Assembly: GCA_036502405.1 (NCBI GenBank)
Contig: DASXYP010000084.1
Span: forward strand, 6,560-70,559
Direction: 5' to 3'
Length of the DNA: 64,000 nt
Origin: Acidimicrobiia bacterium
Lineage (GTDB): Bacteria > Actinomycetota > Acidimicrobiia > IMCC26256 > JAENVU01
The stretch's first letter is position 1; every line of letters starts with the position of its first letter. A program made the position numbers and the translations under genes. A model generated the notes under the pieces. The model saw only the letters and a list, made by a program, of their open reading frames with translations, did no database searches and was not told the DNA's origin. Shown here in pieces: positions 44,985 through 55,097 of the stretch.

Positions 44985-45749
44985 ATGACGACGATGTTCT
45001 TCCACGTCATCGAGCGGAACGTGTTCGCGTACCGCCGGCTCTGGGGGATCTTCCTCACCGGCTTCGCGGAGCCGCTGTTCTACCTCGCGTCGATCGGCAT
45101 CGGCGTCGGCGCGCTCGTCGGCACGGTCAAGGGACCGGGCGGCCAGCTGGTGCCGTACGACCAGTTCGTCGCGCCGGGCCTGCTCGCGGCGGCCGCGATG
45201 AACGGATCGGTGTTCGACACCACCTTCAACTTCTTCTTCAAGTACAAGTACGCCCGCACGTTCGACGCGATGCTGGCGACGCCGCTCGGCCCGACCGACG
45301 TGGCGCTCGGCGAGATGGGGTGGGCGCTGATCCGCGGCTCGATCTACGCCGGTGCCTTCCTGTTCTTCATGGCGGTGCTCGGGCTCACGTCGTCGCCGTG
45401 GGCGATCCTCTGCCTGCCCGGTGCGATGCTCATCGGGTTCGCGTTCGCCGGGCTCGGCATGGCGGGCACCACGTTCATGCGGTCGTTCGTGGACTTCGAC
45501 TACGTGAACATGGCCCTGCTCCCGCTCTTCCTCTTCTCGGCCACGTTCTTCCCGCTCTCGCAGTACCCGGCCGGGCTGCAGTGGGTCGTCCGGTGCACAC
45601 CGCTGTACCAGGGCGTCGCGCTCGAGCGCTCGCTCGCGTTCGGCGACCTGAGCTGGACCCTCCTGGTGCACGTCGTCTACCTGGCCGTGCTCGGGACGAC
45701 CGGGGTCTGGGTCGCGAGCCGGCGCCTCGCCCGCCTGCTCCAGCCCTGA
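44985..45749 (+). CDS. ABC-2 type exporter permease (second subunit, DrrC-like)
   Basis: Paralog of the preceding permease (LFLFSATFFPLSQYPAGLQ) with a six-TM profile. Confidence 0.8.
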   Translation: MTTMFFHVIERNVFAYRRLWGIFLTGFAEPLFYLASIGIGVGALVGTVKGPGGQLVPYDQFVAPGLLAAAAMNGSVFDTTFNFFFKYKYARTFDAMLATPLGPTDVALGEMGWALIRGSIYAGAFLFFMAVLGLTSSPWAILCLPGAMLIGFAFAGLGMAGTTFMRSFVDFDYVNMALLPLFLFSATFFPLSQYPAGLQWVVRCTPLYQGVALERSLAFGDLSWTLLVHVVYLAVLGTTGVWVASRRLARLLQP

Positions 45750-45768
45750 GCCGCGCGATGCTGGGCCC

Positions 45769-46149
45769 ATGGGTGAAGCGATCAGGGTGACGGCCTTCGA
45801 CCACGTCGTGCTGAACGTCGCCGACGTCGAGCGGTCGCTCGCCTTCTACACCGAGGAGCTCGGCCTCGAGCCCGTTCACGCGGACGAGTGGCGGCGCGGC
45901 GAGCGGATCTTCCCGTCGGTGCGGGTGGACCCGGGGACCATCATCGACCTGATCGGCCTTCCCCGGACGGGCGAGAACCTCGACCACCTCTGCCTCGTCG
46001 TCGAGCCGATGGACTTCGAGGCGCTGAAGGCGAGCGGGCGCTTCGAGGTCGCCGACGGTCCCGCGATCCGCTTCGGCGCCCGCGGTGACGGCACGTCGCT
46101 GTACATCCGCGACCCCGACCACAACCTGGTCGAGCTCCGCTACTACTGA
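45769..46149 (+). CDS. VOC (glyoxalase-fold) family protein
   Basis: FDHVVLNVADVERSLAFY and LYIRDPDHNLVEL motifs. Confidence 0.8.
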   Translation: MGEAIRVTAFDHVVLNVADVERSLAFYTEELGLEPVHADEWRRGERIFPSVRVDPGTIIDLIGLPRTGENLDHLCLVVEPMDFEALKASGRFEVADGPAIRFGARGDGTSLYIRDPDHNLVELRYY

Positions 46150-46226
46150 CCGTCTCTCGTTCTGGCGTCACTTACCCTCCGTATGGGTGGGTACGCGACG
46201 CCAAAGCGGTTCGACGGGGTCGGGCC

Positions 46227-46874
46227 TCAGCCGGTCTGGACGATGCGGACGTGGGTGACGGCGCCGGTGCTGACCTGCTCGACGACCTCGTAGCCGACCG
46301 GGCCGCCGTCGAGGTGGTCGAAGAGGCGTTCGCCCCCGCCCGCGAGGATGGGCGCGATGACGATGTGGAGCTCGTCGACGAGCCGGGCGCGCAGGTACTG
46401 CTGCACGGTGGACGCACCACCGCCGACGCGCACGTCCTGACCGCCCGCTGCCTCGAAGGCCCGCTCGAGCGCGGCCTCGATGCCGTCGGGAACGAAGTGG
46501 AACGTCGTGCCGCCCTCCATCGGGATCGACGGGTGCGGGTCCTTCGTGAGCACGAAGACGGGGTGGTGGTAGGGCGGGTTCGGGCCCCACCAGCCGGTCC
46601 AGCCGTCCTCCCATTCGCCCAGGATCTGCCCGAACATGTTGCGGCCCATGATCGTGGCGCCGACGTTCACGTCACCCGCCAGGGCGAACAGGTTGTCGAC
46701 GCCCTCGCTGCCGCCGTCGTCGCCCATCATCTCGCGACCGAAGCGGGTGGCGAACATCCACTCGTGCAGCAGCCGGGGTTCGATGTCACCGAACGGGCGC
46801 TCACGGGTCTGATCGACGCCGGATGCGTACCCGTCGACCGTGATGCCGAAATTGTGGACGCGGAGCTTGGGCAT
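46227..46874 (-). CDS. Dihydrofolate-reductase-like (RibD C-terminal domain) family protein
   Basis: ITVDGYASG, IMGRNMF, GGGASTVQQYLRARLVDELHIVIAPILAGGG. Confidence 0.85.
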   Translation of the reverse strand: MPKLRVHNFGITVDGYASGVDQTRERPFGDIEPRLLHEWMFATRFGREMMGDDGGSEGVDNLFALAGDVNVGATIMGRNMFGQILGEWEDGWTGWWGPNPPYHHPVFVLTKDPHPSIPMEGGTTFHFVPDGIEAALERAFEAAGGQDVRVGGGASTVQQYLRARLVDELHIVIAPILAGGGERLFDHLDGGPVGYEVVEQVSTGAVTHVRIVQTG

Positions 46875-46975
46875 GGGTCCTCCTCGGACGTCGATGATGA
46901 TGGCGCGTCCCCGGGCGGGACTGCTGGAGACGTCGGTGCCGACTCCGAGGATTCGACATCCCGAGCGAACGGTTC

Positions 46976-48205
46976 TCAGCGGTCGGCACGCACTGCTCCC
47001 AACCGGGCGGCCTGCGTCACCAGGTACCGCCGCTCGGGGAGGTTCGTGACGCCCGCCGCCGCGGCCCGGAACTCGGCGATGGCCGCCTCGGTCCGGCCGG
47101 CCTGCTCGAGCAGGTGGGCCCGGACCGCGTGGAGCCGGTGGTGGTCGCCGAGCCGGTCGTCGAGCCCGTCGAGCAGCTCGAGACCTGCGTCGGGTCCGTC
47201 GACCATGGCCACTGCGACCGCGCGGTTCAGCGTGACCATCGGGTTACCGGTCAGCCGCTCGAGCACCCCGTACAGCGGCACGATCTCCGACCAGCTCGTG
47301 TCCTCGTAGCGGGCCGCCTGGTCGTGCACGGCGGCGATCGCCGCCTGGAGCCGGTACTCGCCCGTCGCGCCGTCCTTGAGCGCGGCGGTCACGAGCCCGA
47401 CGCCCTCCGCGATGAGGGCGCGGTCCCAGCGGCTGCGGTCCTGCTCCGCGAGCGGGACGAGCTCGCCGCCTGCACCCGTGCGCGCCGGGCGGCGAGCGTC
47501 GGTCAGGAGCATGAGCGCGAGCAGTCCCGTCACCTCCGGGTCGTCGGGCAGCGCGGCGTGCACGCCGCGCGCGAGCCGGATCGCCTCGTCGCTCAGGTCG
47601 GCGCGGGCGAGATCGGGGCCGCTGGTGCTCGCGTAGCCCTCGGTGAAGATCAGGTAGAGGACGTGGAGCACCGAACGCAGCCGGTCGGCACGCGCCTCGG
47701 GCGCCGGGAGCGCGAACCGCTCGCCCGACGCCTTGACCGTCGCCTTGGCCCGGCTGATCCGTTGGGCCATCGTCGCCTCGGGGACGAGGAACGCGGCCGC
47801 GATCTCGCGGGTGGTGAGCCCGCCCACCGCGCGCAGGGTGAGCGGGATCGCCGAGCCCGGTGTGAGCGCGGGATGGCAGCACATGAACACGAGGACCAGC
47901 GAGTCGTCCTGCCCGGCGCCCGGGTCCGGCGGCTCGGCCGACCACGATGCCGCGAGGTCCTCGCGCCGGCGCCGGGCCTCGTCGGTCCGGTACTTCGCGA
48001 CCATCCGCCGCGACGCGACCCGGATGAGCCAGGCGAGCGGCTGGTCCGGCTCCCCGTCGACCGGCCACTGGTCCGCGGCCGCGACCAGTGCCTCCTGCAG
48101 CGCGTCCTCTGCGTCGGCGAAGTCGCCGTAGCGGCGGGTGAGCGCGCCGAGGGCCTGCGGCGCGAGCGTGCGCAGCAGGCCCTCGGTGCTCGCGGGCGTC
48201 GTCAC
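46976..48205 (-). CDS. ECF sigma factor with long C-terminal TPR-like extension (ECF42-type)
   Basis: Sigma region 2 (EDALQEALVAAADQWP) and region 4 HTH (GLTTREIAAAFLVPEATMAQRISRAK), followed by about 230 aa of helical repeats. The GTG overlaps the stop of the upstream DGPF gene (GTGA). Confidence 0.85.
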   Translation of the reverse strand: MTTPASTEGLLRTLAPQALGALTRRYGDFADAEDALQEALVAAADQWPVDGEPDQPLAWLIRVASRRMVAKYRTDEARRRREDLAASWSAEPPDPGAGQDDSLVLVFMCCHPALTPGSAIPLTLRAVGGLTTREIAAAFLVPEATMAQRISRAKATVKASGERFALPAPEARADRLRSVLHVLYLIFTEGYASTSGPDLARADLSDEAIRLARGVHAALPDDPEVTGLLALMLLTDARRPARTGAGGELVPLAEQDRSRWDRALIAEGVGLVTAALKDGATGEYRLQAAIAAVHDQAARYEDTSWSEIVPLYGVLERLTGNPMVTLNRAVAVAMVDGPDAGLELLDGLDDRLGDHHRLHAVRAHLLEQAGRTEAAIAEFRAAAAGVTNLPERRYLVTQAARLGAVRADR

Positions 48206-48606
48206 ATCTGGGAGGCGTCGGGCGCACCCATCACCTGGCGCACCTCGATCGCCTGGCGGATCGGCAGCCCGTCCTTCGCCGGCGCCGCCGACGCCCGGGC
48301 CGCGATCTCGATCGCCCGGTCCAGCGTGTCGACGTCGATCAGGCGGTAGCCGGCGAGGAGCTCCTTGGACTCGGGGTACGGGCCGTCGGTGACGACCGGC
48401 GCCCGCTTCCCGTCCGAGACGACGAACTTCGCCTGCTCCGGTCCGGCGAGGCCCTGCGCGTCCACGAGCTCGCCCGTCTTCACCAGCTCGGCGTTGAGGG
48501 TCTGCTGGAACTCGATGTGCGCCTGGATCTCCTCGGGCGTCCACTGGTCCATCGGGGGGCACTCGGACTCGACCTCGCCGTAGTTCTGCAGCAGCATGAA
48601 TCGCAT
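48202..48606 (-). CDS. YciI/DGPF-domain family protein
   Basis: MRFMLL start, TDGPYPESKELLAGY (DGPF-type motif), 134 aa. This family is a recognised partner of ECF42-type sigma factors. Confidence 0.85.
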   Translation of the reverse strand: MRFMLLQNYGEVESECPPMDQWTPEEIQAHIEFQQTLNAELVKTGELVDAQGLAGPEQAKFVVSDGKRAPVVTDGPYPESKELLAGYRLIDVDTLDRAIEIAARASAAPAKDGLPIRQAIEVRQVMGAPDASQM

Positions 48607-48688
48607 CGCTTCATCCTTCCCGATCCGGCGCCCCGGTGGCGCCGCTCACCCGGATGTCGCGCCTGCCCCGCGCTTCTCGACGTCCCGC

Positions 48689-48702
48689 CGAGAAATTTCT
48701 CG
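48689..48702. promoter_or_regulatory. AT-centred 14-bp perfect palindrome upstream of the DGPF / ECF-sigma operon
   Basis: CGAGAAATTTCTCG, flanked by direct CGTCCCGCC repeats. One of the few AT-rich spots in the window. Confidence 0.4.
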
Positions 48703-48709
48703 TCCCGCC

Positions 48710-48763
48710 CTCGTTTCGGTGCAACTCGGACCCCCGCGAGGGGGCGTCACCCGCACCGAAACG
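48710..48763. repeat. Nested-palindrome element, copy C (inverted relative to A)
   Basis: CTCGTTTCGGTGC-[29 nt with inner CCCCC-gcga-GGGGG hairpin]-CGCACCGAAACG. It aligns with the reverse complement of copy A without gaps. The termini are identical and 18/29 central positions match. Confidence 0.8.
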
Positions 48764-48819
48764 TGCATGGGGACGGGTGGCGCTGGCATGAGGAAGGGGT
48801 CGGCGAGCATCCTGGGGCG

Positions 48820-49776
48820 ATGAGCTGGTCGCCGGACCCCGACGCGCTCCGGGGCCGGGTCGCCGTCGTGGCCGGCGCCACCAGGGGTGCGGGGCGCGGC
48901 ATCGCCGCCGCGTTGGGCGAGGCCGGCGCGACCGTCGTCTGCACCGGTCGCACGACCCGGGCCGACGGGTCCAGGCACTCGGACTACGACCGCACCGAGA
49001 CCATCGAGGAGACCGCGGAGCTGGTCACCGGGCTCGGCGGTACCGGCGTCGCGGTCGCGGTCGACCACCTCGTGCCGGACCAGGTGCGGGACCTCGCCGA
49101 CCGGATCCGCGCCGAGCACGGCCACCTCGACGTGCTCGTGAACGACATCTGGGGTGGCGAGGTGCTCAAGGGTGGTCCGCCGCAGTGGAACACGCCGATC
49201 TGGGAGCTGGACCTCGACGACGGCCTGCGCATCCTGCGGCTCGCGATCGACACCCACCTGGTCACGTCGCGCTACCTCCTGCCGCTGATGGTCGACGCGC
49301 CCGGCGGCCTGGTCGTCGAGGTGACCGACGGGACGACGGCCTACAACGCGTCGCACTACCGAATCTCGGTCTTCTACGACCTGGCCAAGGTCGCGGTGAA
49401 CCGGCTCGCGTACTCCCAGGGCCACGAGCTCGCGGCAGTCGGCGGAACGGCTGTCGCGATCACGCCGGGCTGGCTCCGCTCCGAGATGATGCTCGAGGCC
49501 TTCGGCACGACCGAGGCGACCTGGCGTGACACCGTCGCCGGTGGGGGCGCGCCACCGGGCTTCGCGGTCTCGGAGTCGCCGCGCTACGTCGGGCGCGCGG
49601 TCACCGCGCTCGCGGTCGATCCCGACCGGGCGCGCTGGAACCAGCGGTCGGTCACGTCGGGCGACCTCGCCGACGCCTACGGGTTCACGGACATGGACGG
49701 CTCGCAGCCCCAGGTCTGGCGGTACATGGAAGCCGAGGACTCGGGCGCGGAACCCGACCCTGCGTCGTACCGGTAG
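48820..49776 (+). CDS. SDR family oxidoreductase (atypical, long)
   Basis: AGATRGAGRGIA cofactor motif, VNDIWGG, YDLAK (Tyr-x3-Lys). ATG 48820. Confidence 0.85.
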   Translation: MSWSPDPDALRGRVAVVAGATRGAGRGIAAALGEAGATVVCTGRTTRADGSRHSDYDRTETIEETAELVTGLGGTGVAVAVDHLVPDQVRDLADRIRAEHGHLDVLVNDIWGGEVLKGGPPQWNTPIWELDLDDGLRILRLAIDTHLVTSRYLLPLMVDAPGGLVVEVTDGTTAYNASHYRISVFYDLAKVAVNRLAYSQGHELAAVGGTAVAITPGWLRSEMMLEAFGTTEATWRDTVAGGGAPPGFAVSESPRYVGRAVTALAVDPDRARWNQRSVTSGDLADAYGFTDMDGSQPQVWRYMEAEDSGAEPDPASYR

Positions 49777-50985
49777 CTACCGCGCGAGCGTGGCGCCCGC
49801 GGCGCCCATGAGGTCGAGGAAGTTGTCGCGGTAGAACGCGTCGCGGATCTGCTCGTCCGCGTCCCCGAGCGACGCCTCGAACCGCTCGACCGGACGGCGG
49901 CCGCCTTCGACGTGGGGGAAGTCGGACGAGAACAGGCACACCTCGGGGCCGGCCTGCTCGATGATCCAGCCGACGTCCTCGGTGGGGTACGGCGTGAACC
50001 GGACCTGGCGCCGCACGTACTCGCTCGGCCGCAGCGACAGGGCGCGCAGCCGTTCCTCGTGCTTCACGAACGCCTCGAACGCCGACTCCATCTGGCGCAC
50101 CCAGGACGGCACCCAGATCGCCCCCTGCTCGATGACGCCGATGCGCAGCTCGGGGAACCGCTCCAGGACCCCGTCGAAGATCATCGTGGCGAGCGTCTGC
50201 GCGGGCGGGCCGGGGATGCCCATGTAGTCGACCGAGCGGAAGTTCTCCTCGCCACCGTGGAAGTCGGGCGGGATCGGGAGGCCGTTGCGGAAGTAGCTCG
50301 GGTCGATCAGCTCACCGGTGCCACCCACGTGGAAGACGATCGGGATCTCCGCTTCCTGCGCGCGCGCCCATACCGGGTCCAGCCCGAGGTGGCTCGGCGA
50401 GTGGCCCGGTGGGCAGCCCGACGCGACGAGCAGCGCGGCCGCACCCATCGCGAGGGCCTCGTCGGTCATCGCCGCGGCCTCGTCGAAGTCGACCAGCGGG
50501 ACGTAGCAGGTGGGCAGCAGGCGCAGGTCGTCGGCGCAGAACTCGACCATGCCGCGGTTGTGGGCGCGTGCGGTGCCGAGCGCGAGCTCGAGGTCGCCAC
50601 CGTGCTCCCAGTCGTGGAGACGGCTGTTGTGGAACGTGTTGAAGACCAGCTGGCTCGAGAACCCGAGCAGGTCGAGCGCGCGCGAGCGGTCCTCGGGGAC
50701 GAAGGCCCCGGTCGCGGCGAAGTTCTTCCGGGCCATGATCTCCTCGGCCTCGGTCGCGCGGTACTCGTCGGACGCGTGCTTGGCGCGCAGTCGGGAGAAC
50801 GCCGCCTCGAGGTCGCGCAGCTGCTCCTCCGGGTCACCGGTCTGGCGCAGCTCGTTCCCGCCCGACAGCGAGAGCGTCGGGATCCGGTCCCGAAGACCCG
50901 GGTCGGCGTGGTCGCGCAGCCAGGTCGGGGTCTCCATGATGTGGGCGTCGGCGTCGTGCACCACCCGCCCGCTCACGTACGACAT
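49777..50985 (-). CDS. Amidohydrolase_2 family metal-dependent hydrolase
   Basis: VHDADAHIME N-terminal motif and C-terminal SSDFPHVEG. ATG 50985 has a strong SD GGGGGGAGGA. Confidence 0.85.
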   Translation of the reverse strand: MSYVSGRVVHDADAHIMETPTWLRDHADPGLRDRIPTLSLSGGNELRQTGDPEEQLRDLEAAFSRLRAKHASDEYRATEAEEIMARKNFAATGAFVPEDRSRALDLLGFSSQLVFNTFHNSRLHDWEHGGDLELALGTARAHNRGMVEFCADDLRLLPTCYVPLVDFDEAAAMTDEALAMGAAALLVASGCPPGHSPSHLGLDPVWARAQEAEIPIVFHVGGTGELIDPSYFRNGLPIPPDFHGGEENFRSVDYMGIPGPPAQTLATMIFDGVLERFPELRIGVIEQGAIWVPSWVRQMESAFEAFVKHEERLRALSLRPSEYVRRQVRFTPYPTEDVGWIIEQAGPEVCLFSSDFPHVEGGRRPVERFEASLGDADEQIRDAFYRDNFLDLMGAAGATLAR

Positions 50986-51108
50986 GCATCCTCCCCCCGT
51001 CGACGTCGACGCGAGTCTCCCCCGTCCCCGCCCTGTCTGTTGCAGATTCGTCGCTCCGCGACGAGATCCGAACAATCGGCGGGAGAAGCGGGCGGGCGCG
51101 GTCGGCGC

Positions 51109-52344
51109 TCAGTCGTTGCGGACCGCTTTCAACAGGGCCTCGTTGGGCTCGTCGGGCAGCTGGTCGAGCGGCTGCGCGAGCTCGGCGACGGTCGGGCCCA
51201 CCTTGGCCGCGATCGGCGCCAGCGCGTCGAGGTCGAAGTCGTAGAGCTCGGCCGCGCTCCCGGCGAGGATCTGCTGCAGCTCGGCCGGGTCGCTGTCGTG
51301 GAAGAGCTGGCGCAGGTGCTCTCGGGTGTACGGGTACGTCCCCTCGTCGTGCGGGTAGTCGCTCCCCCACATGAACCGGTCGAGCCCGATCGCGTAGCGC
51401 GCGGCGACATCGTCCGGTCCGGGCTGGCTCACCCCGACGTAGCAGGACTGCCGGAAGTACTCGGTCGCGGACTTCGGGAGGATGTGCTCCTCGGAGTAGC
51501 GCATCTCCCCGGTGCGACCGGTCTTCTGGATCTGCGCGAGCAGCCGGTCGAAGTGGCGCAGCATCGGCGGCAGCCAGGCGCATCCCATCTCGGTCATCAC
51601 GAACTTGAGGTTCGGGAAGCGCTCGAACACCCCCGAGAAGAGGAGCTGCACGAACGGGCGCTGCGAGTAGAACGAGACCTCGGTGATGAACAGCAGCGCG
51701 GCCGCGGGGTACTTGCCGTAGTTCGGCAGCCCAGTGCCGCCGTGGCTGTTCACGGGGACCTCGAGCTCCTCGCACACCTTCCACAACGGGTCGTACACCG
51801 GGTCGTAGAGCGGCTTCACGTAGTCGATGTCGGGCGCGATGGCCGAGATCAGCACGCCGCCGCGCAGACCGTGCTCCTTGATCCAGTGCACATCTTCGAT
51901 CGCGTCGTCGACGTCGTTGAGGAAGATCTGGCCGATGCCGGCCCGCCGCTCGGGGAACCGACCGCACCAGTCCGCCATCCACCGGTTGTGGGCGCGGATG
52001 CCGGCCAGGCGGTGCTCGTACTCGTCCGCGGTCGGCGGGCGGGCGAACAGGATGAAGCTGGGGAAGAACGGCGGCACGGTGTTCGGGAAGACCACCTCCG
52101 CGACGATCCCGTCGCTCTCCTCGTCGCCGATGCGGCGCTCGTCGTCCCAGTTGCGCACCCGGCCGCCGTCCTGGAGGTCCCGGAATGGGTTCCGGTACTT
52201 CTCGCGCCAGGCGTCGAAGTCGTCGAGGTACTTCTTCTCGAGGTACTCGCGGTACATCTCGTGGCTCGCGCCGGCGTGGCAGTCCGCCGAGATGATCGTG
52301 TAGCGGTCCTCGGAGCTCATCGTGGCACTCGTCATGGCCACCAC
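51109..52344 (-). CDS. Amidohydrolase_2 family metal-dependent hydrolase
   Basis: IISADCHAG N-terminal motif, NSHGG, and C-terminal GSDYPHDEG. The start is uncertain (GTG 52344, ATG 52335 or 52320). Confidence 0.85.
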   Translation of the reverse strand: MVAMTSATMSSEDRYTIISADCHAGASHEMYREYLEKKYLDDFDAWREKYRNPFRDLQDGGRVRNWDDERRIGDEESDGIVAEVVFPNTVPPFFPSFILFARPPTADEYEHRLAGIRAHNRWMADWCGRFPERRAGIGQIFLNDVDDAIEDVHWIKEHGLRGGVLISAIAPDIDYVKPLYDPVYDPLWKVCEELEVPVNSHGGTGLPNYGKYPAAALLFITEVSFYSQRPFVQLLFSGVFERFPNLKFVMTEMGCAWLPPMLRHFDRLLAQIQKTGRTGEMRYSEEHILPKSATEYFRQSCYVGVSQPGPDDVAARYAIGLDRFMWGSDYPHDEGTYPYTREHLRQLFHDSDPAELQQILAGSAAELYDFDLDALAPIAAKVGPTVAELAQPLDQLPDEPNEALLKAVRND

Positions 52345-52433
52345 TCTACGAGCCCGTCCGGCCGGGGCGCCCCTCCGCTCCGCCCCGGTGCCGGGGGCCG
52401 CGGCTCGGTGGGACGCCGTGCCAGGATGCCGTC

Positions 52434-53471
52434 ATGCGCCTGCGCCCGGTCGTCTTCGCCACGCTCGCCGCCCTCGCGCTCGCCGCCTGCAGCGGGAGCA
52501 GCGGCAACGACGCGGCGTCGACGACCACGACGGTGCCGGAGCCGGCCGCCGCCGTCGCGACGCGGTCGTCCGGGTGCGGAGCCACCACCCCGGTCGCGCC
52601 GGGCGAGGAGAAGGTGACGACGAGCTCCGGCGGCGCCTCACGCTGGTACTACCGCCACGTGCCGCCCACCTACGAGGCGACCACACCGATGCCCGTCGTC
52701 CTCGACCTGCACGGCTACGCCGAGGGCGCGGCCGTCCACAAGCAGATGTCCGCGCTGGGCCCGTTCGGCGACCCGCACGGGTTCGTCACCGTCACCCCCC
52801 AGGGCAGCGGCGACTCCGTCGCCCGCTGGGACACCGGGCTGCAGTCGGCGGACGTGAAGTTCATCGGTGACCTCCTCGACGAGGTCGAGCGCACGGTCTG
52901 CGTCGACCAGCACCGCGTCTTCGTCACCGGGCTGTCGAACGGCGCGTTCATGACCTCCGCCGTCGCGTGCAAGTACGCCGACCGGATCGCCGCGGCCGCG
53001 CCCGTCGCCGGCATCCGCGACATCCCCGGGTGCAAGCCCGCGCGTCCGGTTCCGGTCATCACGTTCCACGGCACCGCCGACCCCTACGTCGCGTACGACG
53101 GTGGGCTCGGCGAGAAGGCGGCCGACCTCCCCGCGGGCGACGGGTCGGGCAAGACGCTGGGGCAGATCGGCGCGGTGGACCCGAAGCAGAAGGGCCCGAC
53201 GATCCCAGAGATCACCGCGGCGTGGGCGAAGCGCAACGGGTGCGGCACGAAGCCGACCTCGCGGACGGTCGCGGCCGACGTGACGCTGATCGCCTTCCCG
53301 TGCCCGAAGGACGCGGAGGTCGAGCTCTACCGCGTCACCGGCGGCGGGCACTCGTGGCCCGGCAGCCAGTTCTCGAAGGCGATCGCGTCCACGGTCGGCC
53401 CGACGACGTTCTCGATCTCCGCCGACGACCTGATCTGGAAGTTCTTCCAGCAACATCCCCTGCCGAGCTGA
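52434..53471 (+). CDS. Lipoprotein esterase, PHB-depolymerase/LpqC-like family
   Basis: Lipobox LALAAC after a signal sequence. GLSNGAFM nucleophile elbow, FHGTADP and GGGHSWPG. Confidence 0.8.
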   Translation: MRLRPVVFATLAALALAACSGSSGNDAASTTTTVPEPAAAVATRSSGCGATTPVAPGEEKVTTSSGGASRWYYRHVPPTYEATTPMPVVLDLHGYAEGAAVHKQMSALGPFGDPHGFVTVTPQGSGDSVARWDTGLQSADVKFIGDLLDEVERTVCVDQHRVFVTGLSNGAFMTSAVACKYADRIAAAAPVAGIRDIPGCKPARPVPVITFHGTADPYVAYDGGLGEKAADLPAGDGSGKTLGQIGAVDPKQKGPTIPEITAAWAKRNGCGTKPTSRTVAADVTLIAFPCPKDAEVELYRVTGGGHSWPGSQFSKAIASTVGPTTFSISADDLIWKFFQQHPLPS

Positions 53472-53486
53472 CGTCCGAGGTCCATC

Positions 53487-54974
53487 GTGGCGGAGCGCAA
53501 CCTGCGGATGAAGACCAGCGCAGGACGCTGGGTGCTGCTCGCGACCGTCCTCGGCTCCGGGCTCGCCATGCTGGACTCGACGGTCGTCAACATCGCGCTC
53601 CCGACGATCGGGCGTGACTTCGACGCCGGGCTCTCGAGCCTGCAGTGGGTGGTCAACGCCTACACGCTGACGCTGGCCGGCTTCCTGCTCCTCGGCGGCG
53701 CGCTCGGCGACCGCTTCGGGCGCCGGCGCGCGTTCCTCACCGGGGTGGTGTGGTTCGCGGGCGCGTCGCTCTTCTGCGCGGTCGCGCCGAACACCGAGGT
53801 GCTGATCGGCGCCCGTGCGCTGCAGGGCCTCGGCGCGGCACTGCTGACCCCGGGCAGCCTGGCGATCCTCGAGGCCAGCTTCGTGCCCGACGACCGCGCC
53901 GCGGCGATCGGCGCGTGGTCGGGCCTGGGCGGGATCATGACCGCGATCGGGCCGTTCATCGGCGGCTGGCTCGTGGAGTCCGCGTCGTGGCGATGGATCT
54001 TCGTGATCAACCTGCCGTTCGCCGCAGTCGTGCTGTGGGCGGGGATCCGCCACGTCCCCGAGTCGAAGAACGACCACGCGCCGCCGGGCCTCGACGTCCT
54101 CGGCGCGGTGCTCACGATCCTCGGCCTCGCGGGTGTGATCGCCGGTCTCACCAGCGGCCCGGAGCAGGGTTGGACATCACCCGAGGTGCTGATCCCGCTG
54201 CTCGGCGGGCTCGCCGCGCTCGCCGCGTTCCTGGTCGTCGAGCAGCGCAGCCCCCACCCGCTCGTTCCACTCGGCCTCTTCAAGTCGACGCAGTTCAGCG
54301 CCGCGAACCTGGTGACGTTCGTCGTCTACGCCGCGCTCTCAGGCGCGTTCTTCCTCCTACCGATCCAGCTGCAGACGGTCGTCGACTTCTCGCCGATCGC
54401 CTCCGGGGCCGCACTGCTCCCGGTCACGGTCGTGATGCTGCTCGGCTCCGCTCGTGCCGGACGACTCGCCACCCGCATCGGACCTCGCATCCCGATGAGC
54501 TTGGGACCGATCATCGCGGGCTTCGGTCTCATGTTGCTGACCCGCGTCGGCGCGGGGAGCACCTACTGGGTCGACGTCTTCCCGGGGATCATCGTCTTCG
54601 CGTGCGGCCTCACCTTGACGGTCGCACCACTCACCGCGACCGTGCTCGGGGCCGCGCCGGACGAGTTCGCCGGTGTCGCGTCGGCGGTCAACAACGACGT
54701 CGCCCGCACCGCCGGGCTCATCGCGATCGCCGTGCTCCCTCCGCTCGCCGGCATCAGCAACGCGGACTTCGGCAACGCCACCGACTTCTCGGACGGGTTC
54801 CACAACGCGATGATGATCGCGGGCACCGTCCTGATCGTCGGCGGGTTGCTCGCGTGGGCCACGATCCGCCGCCCGATGCAAGCCGACGACGAAAAACGTG
54901 GGAAGCCGATCCCGACGTCGTACTGCGCGCTCGACGCGCCGCCCCTGCGCCACGATGCCGCCGAACGCGTCTAG
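53487..54974 (+). CDS. MFS transporter, DHA2 (EmrB/QacA, 14-TMS) family
   Basis: LDSTVVNIALPTI, GALGDRFGRRR (motif A), LQGLGAALLTPGSLA. 495 aa with about 14 helices. Confidence 0.9.
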   Translation: MAERNLRMKTSAGRWVLLATVLGSGLAMLDSTVVNIALPTIGRDFDAGLSSLQWVVNAYTLTLAGFLLLGGALGDRFGRRRAFLTGVVWFAGASLFCAVAPNTEVLIGARALQGLGAALLTPGSLAILEASFVPDDRAAAIGAWSGLGGIMTAIGPFIGGWLVESASWRWIFVINLPFAAVVLWAGIRHVPESKNDHAPPGLDVLGAVLTILGLAGVIAGLTSGPEQGWTSPEVLIPLLGGLAALAAFLVVEQRSPHPLVPLGLFKSTQFSAANLVTFVVYAALSGAFFLLPIQLQTVVDFSPIASGAALLPVTVVMLLGSARAGRLATRIGPRIPMSLGPIIAGFGLMLLTRVGAGSTYWVDVFPGIIVFACGLTLTVAPLTATVLGAAPDEFAGVASAVNNDVARTAGLIAIAVLPPLAGISNADFGNATDFSDGFHNAMMIAGTVLIVGGLLAWATIRRPMQADDEKRGKPIPTSYCALDAPPLRHDAAERV

Positions 54975-55097
54975 GAGGACCCGCGGCGTGGAATGAACCC
55001 GCGGCGGGCGGCTGAGCGGCCGCGTCGACGCCCGCGCAACCGGCGCTCGGTGCCGATGTCACGGCTCGACCCGCACGAACCCCGGGCCGCTCCGGAA

